Positions 34,725 through 42,931 of a DNA stretch of 64,000 bases are shown one piece after another. Each line of letters opens with the position of its first letter. Position 1 is the first letter of the stretch. The DNA comes from a virus (lineage: Duplodnaviria > Heunggongvirae > Uroviricota > Caudoviricetes). The translations under genes were made by a program, and so were the position numbers. The notes beneath the pieces are model-generated. The model worked only from the letters and a program-made list of their open reading frames with translations. It did not search any database and was not told the DNA's origin. The stretch lies in the IMG/VR virus record IMGVR_UViG_3300042564_004737, one strand, 5' to 3'.

Positions 34725-35155
34725 TTTACTTCTTCTTTGCTGTGGAATGGGCCTTGATACGGATAGCGTTGTAGTGCAATCAACTTGGGATCCTGTACCA
34801 ACTTCCATTTACGCCCACGCTTGATAGAATACCATCCGGCAGCAAACCAACTTTTGCTTTTGCGAGTCTTGGTATACAACGGCAAGCGATGTGCCACATC
34901 CCATACAGGATTATAACATCTGCCTGACACAGGAAAGCCATGTACCTGGCTGGTGTCTGGTTTGGTTGGCACCGCGCCTTTTTCAAACACAATGTTTGAT
35001 TCACGAGCCGCAAGTTTAATTGTTTTAAACTGTTTTACTTGATCATGTATGCGAACCTGATAGCCGCCGTTCCATGCTTCGATGTTGCCGACCTTTTGAT
35101 TGTCGTCTTGCAAAATCCAATATTGTTTATCTGCTATTACTTTAGCCACTAACAT
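34721..35155 (-). CDS. hypothetical protein
   Basis: 144-aa ORF. Confidence 0.4.
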   Translation of the reverse strand: MLVAKVIADKQYWILQDDNQKVGNIEAWNGGYQVRIHDQVKQFKTIKLAARESNIVFEKGAVPTKPDTSQVHGFPVSGRCYNPVWDVAHRLPLYTKTRKSKSWFAAGWYSIKRGRKWKLVQDPKLIALQRYPYQGPFHSKEEVK

Positions 35156-36149
35156 TTAGTACTCCTTTATATGTCTCGTTCAACCAACGACCAAAACTGT
35201 CGGCACCTTCGCTGCATCGGACCAAATCGTATTTGCCACAGAACTGCATGAATCTCACACCAACTTGACCAATATCTTTGTGCGACACCTGGTCAATGAT
35301 GGCAAGATCCACAGTGTCTTTGATGGCCTGCGGCTGATGTGTAAGATCGATTAACTGTCTATTGCGCTCGTAGTCGTCCAGCACACGATGTTCTTCGCCG
35401 TTGTGGTCAGTCCAACGCTGCAACATGAGATTGTTCCACGAATAGCCTTTGTTTGTACGATCAGCAAATGCTTCTTCTAGGCCCACCTTGTTCTTGGTAC
35501 CTTTGGTGCGCACTCCTGGATATGCCGAAAACACATTGTCGCTGGTGTCGCCACGCATGCACTTTTCAAACAACAACCACGCAGGGTCTGGAATCTTCTT
35601 GGGTTCTTTTGTTTTCTTGTCAACTACAGGTCGGCCTTTGGCATCAAAGATACCGTCAACTGTGATAAGTTCGTCTGTGATACCATTGTATTGTTTTACA
35701 TTTTGGGCCACCAACTGCACAAAATCTGTGTCGCTGCTGATCACAATGTGTTCGTCTTGGGGATGTAGATTGATCCAGCGAGCAATGATGTCATCGCCTT
35801 CGGCAGTGGGGCATCTAATCACACTACAGTTGGTTCGCTCTGACAAGTATTTAGTCAGGTTATCAAATGCTTCCCAGAACATGGCATCTTCTTCGGCTTC
35901 GGCCTCGGTCAGTGCTGCGCGAGCCACAGCACGATTGGCCTTGTAAGGTTTGTAGTGATCTTTGCGCCAGCTGCGACCTTCCAGTGCAAATACCACATGA
36001 TCTGCTTCAAAGCGTTTGACCACTTTGTTGGCACTCATCAAGGTGGTATGCAGTGCTACTCCGACTTTTTCCCAAGGATCACTGGCGCGAAAAGCTGTGT
36101 GCCTGGCACGAAAGAACATGTTGGCTGTATCAATTAACACATAACGCAT
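35142..36149 (-). CDS. rnh: T4 RNase H-like 5'-3' exonuclease / flap endonuclease
   Basis: 335 aa; 'MRYVLIDTANMFFRARH' N-terminus and acidic clusters (DTDF, DNVF) typical of FEN/53EXO fold. Confidence 0.7.
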   Translation of the reverse strand: MRYVLIDTANMFFRARHTAFRASDPWEKVGVALHTTLMSANKVVKRFEADHVVFALEGRSWRKDHYKPYKANRAVARAALTEAEAEEDAMFWEAFDNLTKYLSERTNCSVIRCPTAEGDDIIARWINLHPQDEHIVISSDTDFVQLVAQNVKQYNGITDELITVDGIFDAKGRPVVDKKTKEPKKIPDPAWLLFEKCMRGDTSDNVFSAYPGVRTKGTKNKVGLEEAFADRTNKGYSWNNLMLQRWTDHNGEEHRVLDDYERNRQLIDLTHQPQAIKDTVDLAIIDQVSHKDIGQVGVRFMQFCGKYDLVRCSEGADSFGRWLNETYKGVLNVSG

Positions 36150-36158
36150 GATAACTCT

Positions 36159-36860
36159 TTAAACTTTGTTGTTGGCATTGATATATTGTAACATAAAACG
36201 ATTCCAAAAGCTATGGCCATCGCTGCCAAAATGCCACGATTTGGGCGTAACTGTTTGGATACCTTGTGCTTGTATTCGAGCACTGTAAGTGCCTGCAGGA
36301 TCATATGGGTCAATATAACTGGTGCCCCAGTCTTTTCGGTCTGTAATTGCACTAAAATCGTTGTTGCCATTGAAGAAGATGTGATTTACACCCAGGCCCT
36401 CCAGATCGGTATGCAGTTGCCAAATTTCATTATGTGCTTGTTTGGTTTTTTCTTTCCAATCAACACCAACTACAAATTCCTTGTAGCGTTGTGTATGTTC
36501 TTCGGGCACATCGTCCTGTCCGCTGGCACCAATTTGATAGTACACACCGTCAATCAACCATTCTTCGCGTTCCCAGGTACTCCATTGAATCACCATCAAC
36601 ACTTCGTCAAAGTTTCGTATTTTGGTCAGCCAATCTCTGGTTGTTCTGAGTATTCTGGTGTTGCTGCTGGCACTCTCGGCACCGCAGTGGAAACTGGCTC
36701 TTAATGCTTTGCTCAAGCGTGTGCCCCAGCTCACTGCTAAATTTTCTGGATGTGGTGCCCGCCCCATGTAAAACAATGGTCCATCGTCCATGGCAAATGC
36801 ATGTGGATTGACTGCTTCTGCTGCTGCGGTATGGCTGTCGCCGTTTACATACAATATCAT
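36159..36860 (-). CDS. SGNH/GDSL-hydrolase-like paralog (Ser variant)
   Basis: 'MILYVNGDSHTAA', 'SNTRILRTT', 'WSTWEREEW' shared with neighbour. Confidence 0.55.
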   Translation of the reverse strand: MILYVNGDSHTAAAEAVNPHAFAMDDGPLFYMGRAPHPENLAVSWGTRLSKALRASFHCGAESASSNTRILRTTRDWLTKIRNFDEVLMVIQWSTWEREEWLIDGVYYQIGASGQDDVPEEHTQRYKEFVVGVDWKEKTKQAHNEIWQLHTDLEGLGVNHIFFNGNNDFSAITDRKDWGTSYIDPYDPAGTYSARIQAQGIQTVTPKSWHFGSDGHSFWNRFMLQYINANNKV

Positions 36861-37483
36861 AGTAATTTGTATTCTTTAATATAATTAACTAACAACCTTG
36901 CCCATTGGGCATGACCGTCGGCGCAATAATGATACCATTGGTCGGCGTTGATACCTTGATTTTTTAAATACCAGTAATAGCTGCTGTCATTGTCATATGG
37001 CCCTATATATTGATTGTTCCAGTTGTAAACATTCAATGGACGAAAAAAATCATACATGCAATTAAAAAACAAATGCTTTATATTTTTTTGTTCTAATTCC
37101 AAATGAAATTTGTAAATATCTTCGTGCCACTTTTGCGATTTAGCAATTAAACTGTCTGGTGTTTGATCTATTACCCATGTTTTGTACCGGTCTAACAGTG
37201 CTGGTGGCAATGCGTCATGCCCGGACGAGTTAACACTGTAATAACTATCTTGATATTTCCATTCTTCGCGTTCCCAGGTAGACCATCCAACCACGATTAA
37301 ATCCACTGTGTTATTGGCAATGTATTCCTGTGTGGTTCTTAAAATTCGAGCGTTGCTGGCTCCGATTTTTGCTAGATTAACAGTATCAGCATCAAATGCA
37401 GCAGATACCAAATTACTAAATCTATCTGCAACAGTTGTATTAGATCCAGCTGTATGGCTGTCACCGTTGAACAAGATCATCAA
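36857..37483 (-). CDS. SGNH/GDSL-hydrolase-like paralog (Ser variant)
   Basis: 'MMILFNGDSHTAGSN', 'SNARILRTT', 'VGWSTWEREEW'. Confidence 0.55.
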   Translation of the reverse strand: MMILFNGDSHTAGSNTTVADRFSNLVSAAFDADTVNLAKIGASNARILRTTQEYIANNTVDLIVVGWSTWEREEWKYQDSYYSVNSSGHDALPPALLDRYKTWVIDQTPDSLIAKSQKWHEDIYKFHLELEQKNIKHLFFNCMYDFFRPLNVYNWNNQYIGPYDNDSSYYWYLKNQGINADQWYHYCADGHAQWARLLVNYIKEYKLL

Positions 37484-37944
37484 GACACTTCTGTTCTGCC
37501 GTCGCCGATGTCTCGTTGTTTAACCACACGACTAGGATTGTTGGCCATTTCCTGTTCCCAGGTTTCCATGACCACATGCCTGCAAACATTTTGAAACCAG
37601 CGATCCACTATGTCGGAATCTTTGTCATCGGGCCGACCTTGATAGCCTGCTCGCACCAGATTGGCCACAAACTTGTCATTCCAGTCCAGTTCAAATGCAC
37701 CCTGATGCAAGTTGTCAGGATCAATGTCCATGCTCAAGATAGCAACCCAAGGTTGTCCTTTTTCTGTAGCAATTTCTTTTTCAGTTTTGACTGGTGCTTT
37801 AGGTTTCTCCGTCCGGGGTTTCGGAGTTTCTGGCGCTGGCTTCTTTTTAAATCTATCAAAAAATCCCATTGTGTTTTCCTTTGTTATGCCAAACTTGTGT
37901 ATAGATGCTGCTGCAAGTTCAACTTGAACCCATTCTCTATACAA
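37480..37944 (-). CDS. hypothetical protein
   Basis: 154-aa ORF. Confidence 0.4.
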   Translation of the reverse strand: MYREWVQVELAAASIHKFGITKENTMGFFDRFKKKPAPETPKPRTEKPKAPVKTEKEIATEKGQPWVAILSMDIDPDNLHQGAFELDWNDKFVANLVRAGYQGRPDDKDSDIVDRWFQNVCRHVVMETWEQEMANNPSRVVKQRDIGDGRTEVS

Positions 37945-38759
37945 AACTGCCCCACATATTCATGATTGCGTTGGTTGTCAGCCAAGTTCAACAGCCCTGG
38001 TTCCCAAAAACTAATCACTTCATCCACAGTGCTGCGTTCAGCCATGGTTATTTGGCCTTTCTCTGCTCGCAACAATTTGATCTTCTGTGGAAAACTGTTG
38101 TAGACGTTCATTGGGCTACAGTAAACTTCCTTGTTGGGGTTGCGCTGTTTCCATTCAAATGCCCAGTCTGGAACTGTGTTGTAAGGTGATTCCGCATCGG
38201 CAGTTACAACAAACTTCAAACAGTCTGCACGGTCTAAAATAGTTTTACTGGGTGCAAGATACTTGACAGCCTTGCCATTCTTCTCAATGCATTTGGGCGA
38301 ACACACCAGTGTGACACCAGTAGGCACATCTGTGTCAGGTATGCCGTTGCTTTCAACCTGCACTGCTTTGTAGTGCAACAACTGTCGTTTCATCCATCCC
38401 GAGATGTTGTCTTGCAGCAAGGGTTCGCCGCCAGTCATTACCAGAACAACTCCGGGATAGTCGTTGCGATCCCGCACTGCCCACTCAGGCACTGGTTTGC
38501 CTTTGCTGACCCAAAAGTCGCGAATAGTTTCATGTGCCTTTTGTTCCAGTTCTGCATAGGTGAACACATCACCGTCATCAAAGAATGTGTCACAGAAACT
38601 GCAATCCAAGTTGCATTTGGCCAGTCGAATAAACAGTGCTGGCAAGCCAGCATAGGGTCCTTCACCTTGTAAGGTAAAGAACATACTGGTCACCATCAAG
38701 GTGTTTTCTTGTGCGTCTTTAAAGTACTTCTTGCCAATGATTTCGTTTGTTCCGAACAT
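37884..38759 (-). CDS. queE: radical SAM enzyme, QueE-like (7-carboxy-7-deazaguanine synthase)
   Basis: 'RLAKCNLDCSFCDTFF' matches QueE CNLRCxxCDT cluster motif; context with FolE/QueD/DpdA. Confidence 0.55.
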   Translation of the reverse strand: MFGTNEIIGKKYFKDAQENTLMVTSMFFTLQGEGPYAGLPALFIRLAKCNLDCSFCDTFFDDGDVFTYAELEQKAHETIRDFWVSKGKPVPEWAVRDRNDYPGVVLVMTGGEPLLQDNISGWMKRQLLHYKAVQVESNGIPDTDVPTGVTLVCSPKCIEKNGKAVKYLAPSKTILDRADCLKFVVTADAESPYNTVPDWAFEWKQRNPNKEVYCSPMNVYNSFPQKIKLLRAEKGQITMAERSTVDEVISFWEPGLLNLADNQRNHEYVGQFCIENGFKLNLQQHLYTSLA

Positions 38760-38767
38760 ATTATCCT

Positions 38768-39388
38768 TTACTTAAATCTTCCAAAAATTGCGCCGCTGTT
38801 TTGCCTGTATCCATCATTGTGCAAATGTCTATATCCTTGCAGCATTAGAAAAGGAATAGCAGCAGAGCACTTGCCAATGAAAACACCTTCTTGCGGATGA
38901 TACCAAGTGTCATCACATATGATAATGCTGTTGTCAGTCATCCTGTTCATCAACAAGATTGCCTGCAACAGGTGTGTTTGCTGACTATTTAGGTTGGTCA
39001 TCTCAATGTTCATTAAATCTCTATACTTCTGTTTGACACCGGCTACAAACCCTTCTTCTGCGCCACCCAACCAGTAATCCCAATCAAAGTTGTCCAGGTA
39101 TGCCAATGATATTTTAACTGCTGGGTCCAACTGTTGTAAAAATTCTTCGCCCTTGGCCTGTGCTAATTTTACATGATCTGGCAGTGTTCCGTCAACCATT
39201 AAATTGCTGGTTGCCCGTTTAATTTGTTCAGCATCCATATCTACACCGTAAAAATCCACCCCACGAGCTTGGCACAGATCCGCAAAGAATCGGGTACTGC
39301 CTTCGCCACGGTCCACTCCAATTTCGATCCAATGGCCGTTGTCAATTGTGTCAATGAATTTTGTTATGTTACGGTAATATGTTCCCAT
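38768..39388 (-). CDS. class I SAM-dependent methyltransferase-like protein
   Basis: 'WIEIGVDRGEGSTRFFA' motif-I-like. Confidence 0.4.
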   Translation of the reverse strand: MGTYYRNITKFIDTIDNGHWIEIGVDRGEGSTRFFADLCQARGVDFYGVDMDAEQIKRATSNLMVDGTLPDHVKLAQAKGEEFLQQLDPAVKISLAYLDNFDWDYWLGGAEEGFVAGVKQKYRDLMNIEMTNLNSQQTHLLQAILLMNRMTDNSIIICDDTWYHPQEGVFIGKCSAAIPFLMLQGYRHLHNDGYRQNSGAIFGRFK

Positions 39389-39872
39389 TGCCTGTTCCTT
39401 CAGTTATTTCCATCCATGTATGGTCACCCATGTATTTTACCTGTGACTGATACACATAATTATCGGGCGGCCCACTACTCCAGTCATTGGGTCCATGATG
39501 AACCAGCAGCATTTTTTCTTTGCGGCGGTCCCAGGCTAGCCAGTAACAGTTGCCTATCACCACTTGAAATTGATACTCTGCTGCATGCACTGCATCTGTT
39601 ACATCCAATCGGCGTTTGATATCCTGCGCTTGCTTTTCCAACACAGCAACCAACTGCATAATTCTATCATGTTCTTGCTGGGCATACATCCTAGCATGAT
39701 TGATCATTATGTCTTTTTGTTTGGTAACAGGAACCAGTTCAAATTTAGCACCACCTGCTTCAGTGCCATACGGCGTGACATTTCGATTGAAGAACGGAAC
39801 AATGGCACCATCTATATCTGCATCAAAGCTATTTCTACCTTTGGCAATATTAGATTTTTTTTCTTCGGTCAT
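39369..39872 (-). CDS. hypothetical protein
   Basis: 167-aa ORF. Confidence 0.4.
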   Translation of the reverse strand: MTEEKKSNIAKGRNSFDADIDGAIVPFFNRNVTPYGTEAGGAKFELVPVTKQKDIMINHARMYAQQEHDRIMQLVAVLEKQAQDIKRRLDVTDAVHAAEYQFQVVIGNCYWLAWDRRKEKMLLVHHGPNDWSSGPPDNYVYQSQVKYMGDHTWMEITEGTGNGNILP

Positions 39873-39885
39873 TGGTGTGTTACAT

Positions 39886-40296
39886 CTATCGCTTGCTTGG
39901 TGCTTTGAGTATACCCCAGACTCGGGCTTTTTCCAGCAGGTCTTGCTCCATTTCGCGGTAGCGTTCGCCCAGCTCTTTCAATTCTTTCCACTCTGATTCT
40001 AGTTGGGTGTTTGGTTGTAAAATGGCCAATCGTTCGTTTATGGCAGCCAGTGTTTTTGTCAAACTCTGGCCGCCAATCACAATATCAGCACCGGGTTGCA
40101 TTTCAATACCATTTTCGCTGATGCTCACTGTACCGGTACTGCTTGTACCAGAAACATTTTTCCATGGAGAAGTATTGATTGTAGAAGTATTGATTGTGTA
40201 GGGCGTTGTCATGTTACTGTCTAATGTGTACTCTGCCGACGACAGATCGATTGTTGACCAGTCTGAATCTACGGATAAGTTTTTTGGCAATTTCAT
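39886..40296 (-). CDS. hypothetical Ser/Thr-rich protein
   Basis: 136-aa ORF. Confidence 0.35.
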   Translation of the reverse strand: MKLPKNLSVDSDWSTIDLSSAEYTLDSNMTTPYTINTSTINTSPWKNVSGTSSTGTVSISENGIEMQPGADIVIGGQSLTKTLAAINERLAILQPNTQLESEWKELKELGERYREMEQDLLEKARVWGILKAPSKR

Positions 40297-40299
40297 TTA

Positions 40300-41106
40300 T
40301 TAAATCTTTCGTGCTTTGACCAACAGGTGCCAGCCTAGATACTCTCTGACAGCTTCTCTCATTGCAGCAGGCATGGCTTCAAACCACGGCTCCAGTTCAT
40401 ATCGGCCTTGCTTGTATGCTTGTACATTATACATGAAACAATGATCCTGCCGCAACCGCTCAATGTGAAATTGCGATCCCAACAGCACTGCAATATCATC
40501 TTTGGTATAGCTTTTGGCATAGGGACACCCGGCCTGTGCTTCGTATTGATCTAGACCTTTATTGATCATGGCCTGTTTCCAACTGTCACGGGCATACACC
40601 ATAAAACGGAATTCGCCACCGGGCTTGAGAGCTTGATGCACATTGTTGATAATTTTATCAATGGCAGGAAAATGATGTATAACACCGTAACTGTAGATCA
40701 AATCAAACTGCGGCAAGCCAATGTACATGTCTCGGTCGCTGGCGTCACCACAGTGGAAATTGCCGTCGAGTTCTTCAACTTCGAATCGTTTACGAGCAAG
40801 TTTGACACTTTCTTCACTGTAGTCTATGCCGTAATAGTCAGCACCGTGACGAGCAAACTCCGCAGCATCAGATCCAATACCTGGGCCAATTTCCAAAACC
40901 TGTTTGCCCTGCCAGAGATGAAAGCCGGCAAACTCCGGAATATGTGGCTCCACTTGGAATCTACGAGCCGATACTTCTTTAAAGAAATCTAAACTGCCAA
41001 TTTCATTTCCGCTGTGTCGAATGTTGCAAGGCTGATTGTTCCAGTATTGTTTGATGCGTTGTTCCAGTGTTGATGTCATGACTATTTCGCCCATACAGGT
41101 TTCCAT
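40300..41106 (-). CDS. class I SAM-dependent methyltransferase
   Basis: 'VLEIGPGIGSDAAEFARHGADYYGIDYSEESV' motif I/II. Confidence 0.7.
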   Translation of the reverse strand: METCMGEIVMTSTLEQRIKQYWNNQPCNIRHSGNEIGSLDFFKEVSARRFQVEPHIPEFAGFHLWQGKQVLEIGPGIGSDAAEFARHGADYYGIDYSEESVKLARKRFEVEELDGNFHCGDASDRDMYIGLPQFDLIYSYGVIHHFPAIDKIINNVHQALKPGGEFRFMVYARDSWKQAMINKGLDQYEAQAGCPYAKSYTKDDIAVLLGSQFHIERLRQDHCFMYNVQAYKQGRYELEPWFEAMPAAMREAVREYLGWHLLVKARKI

Positions 41107-41903
41107 TGAGCCATTTGGTTGTTCGTATCATTGGCTTTTAATTTTTCCCACGGATTTTGTTTGCCGGCAAACACTGCTTCGGCAAACGTGCAGTCTAGAC
41201 CTTGTGATTTCATGTATCCAACCATTTTGATCAAATCTGCCACTCGTCTATCATGCCAGAACTTGTGATGAAAGTCTCTAGGGTCAGTTGGATTACCTTC
41301 CAACATGGGCCGCTTTTCAAAAATTTCGTCGTTGTTGTTGCCGGTCAAATCAAATCTGTCGTGCGTTACATTTACTTCAATACGCTTCCATATATCAAGT
41401 ACATAGGCCTGTTGGCTGATCCATGCGTCACTGATTTGATGTGGACTTAGATATCCAAACATGTCAACCCACTTCCGTGGAACAATGGGAAAAATACTGT
41501 AGGGATGATCATTGTGTGTGTGAAATGCCAGCACTTTGAACTCACCGGTATGCGCAGCTATCACAGTGTCCCAGCCCTGGGTTTCCATAACAGCATCATC
41601 ATTCCAGAAAACCAACCAATCGGCATCGGCATGTCGTGCCAGCCCATTTACATATTCGTTTAGACGAATATATCCCATTGGGGCAAACACATGCGCTTGG
41701 TAGTTTACACCAAGTTGTTCCAATTCTGGTTGCAGTTCCGTTGTAAAATAGTCAACTGTTGCTGTGTCGTCATCATCAAATCCTATCAACACTTGAAACG
41801 AATCAACGTCATCTGCTGTATCAACTGCGCTGAGAATACTGCGCCTTAGTGCTTCTTTGCGGCCTCTAGTGGGCAACAGCAGTGATATACGGTATTCGCT
41901 CAT
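41082..41903 (-). CDS. GT-A fold glycosyltransferase (GT2-like)
   Basis: 'ISLLLPTRGR' N-terminal and 'GFDDDD' DxD-type acidic motif. Confidence 0.45.
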   Translation of the reverse strand: MSEYRISLLLPTRGRKEALRRSILSAVDTADDVDSFQVLIGFDDDDTATVDYFTTELQPELEQLGVNYQAHVFAPMGYIRLNEYVNGLARHADADWLVFWNDDAVMETQGWDTVIAAHTGEFKVLAFHTHNDHPYSIFPIVPRKWVDMFGYLSPHQISDAWISQQAYVLDIWKRIEVNVTHDRFDLTGNNNDEIFEKRPMLEGNPTDPRDFHHKFWHDRRVADLIKMVGYMKSQGLDCTFAEAVFAGKQNPWEKLKANDTNNQMAQWKPVWAK

Positions 41904-41911
41904 GTTGTTTC

Positions 41912-42463
41912 TTATTCAAATAAATCTTCATTCCACTCACGATGTCCTTCACGGAACGCCATGTTGGCTTGTGTTTCACGCACTTCCACACGATAGCACC
42001 ACAAGCGTTTGGATTCTGCCTGACCCCACATGTCTGGAATGTAAACACCATTGACATATTTGTACAGCTGGTCAGCCAGACCTTCGCAGCCTAGTTTGGG
42101 CAGAATAGTCAGTTTGGCCAACTTGCGGCGTTCCATTTCTTTGTAAAACGCCAGTTCAGGATCGTCCTCGGCCACCAATAAAGTGTGATCAAATTGACTT
42201 TCCAATATACCTTTGAGTTCTTTGAGACCTCCATAATCAGCAGCCCAGTTGCGAGCATCCAGATCATTGGTACCAAAGTAAAACTTCATGTTGAAGCTGT
42301 AGCCGTGTATTAGATTACAGTGACTGTCAGCACGCCATTGTCGATAGGCGCAGGGAAAAGAGTCGTGATACTCTTTGGTGCTGGTGTACCTATAGTTCAC
42401 TGGTCTAGTGTTTTGTAAGTTTTCTTCTAAATGACGGATTAAGTCCACTGATGAGTTTGCCAT
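41912..42463 (-). CDS. queD: QueD/6-pyruvoyl-tetrahydropterin-synthase-family protein
   Basis: 'SHCNLIHGYSF' resembles QueD 'CGRLHGHSF'; promoter TGCTATAATCACATAG at 42474-42490. Confidence 0.5.
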   Translation of the reverse strand: MANSSVDLIRHLEENLQNTRPVNYRYTSTKEYHDSFPCAYRQWRADSHCNLIHGYSFNMKFYFGTNDLDARNWAADYGGLKELKGILESQFDHTLLVAEDDPELAFYKEMERRKLAKLTILPKLGCEGLADQLYKYVNGVYIPDMWGQAESKRLWCYRVEVRETQANMAFREGHREWNEDLFE

Positions 42464-42538
42464 TATTTTTCTCCTATGTGATTATAGCATAGGTGGCAGA
42501 GTTTGTAAAGCGGGAGTGACACCAAGACCGCTATGTTT

Positions 42539-42931
42539 TTATTTATGGTAGTTGCCCTTGCCAGGAATGGTATTGCGTACACCTCCCACTGGGTCCTCAA
42601 CATCTCCGTGCCGTCTGGGAATCAAATGAACATGTGGCCACTCGACTGTCTGTCCTGCGGCACTGCCGTAATTCATACCAATATTGAATCCGTCACATTG
42701 ACCATTCTCAATCATGGTCTGTCCATGTATAATTGCATCGTTGAATGCATCCAGTACCACTGACATAGTATTGTGCTTGGGCACAAACAACAGGTGGCCT
42801 GGCGTACACGGATAACGGTCCTCGTACACTGCCACATGGAAGTCTTCTCTTACCAAACTTGTCCATGGAGCAGAACTATCCTCAATTGAACTTGGAATAT
42901 TTTCCGAAAATATGTGAGTTCTATGTTTCAT
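42539..42931 (-). CDS. HIT-family (histidine triad) hydrolase
   Basis: 'EWPHVHLIPRR' HxHxHxx triad. Confidence 0.65.
   Translation of the reverse strand: MKHRTHIFSENIPSSIEDSSAPWTSLVREDFHVAVYEDRYPCTPGHLLFVPKHNTMSVVLDAFNDAIIHGQTMIENGQCDGFNIGMNYGSAAGQTVEWPHVHLIPRRHGDVEDPVGGVRNTIPGKGNYHK

Noticed and set aside
37884-38759. Alternative call of the CNLDCSFCDT radical SAM as anaerobic RNR activase NrdG
   Set aside because: No NrdD-like gene in window and co-occurrence with FolE/QueD/TGT-like genes favours QueE; remains a caveat.
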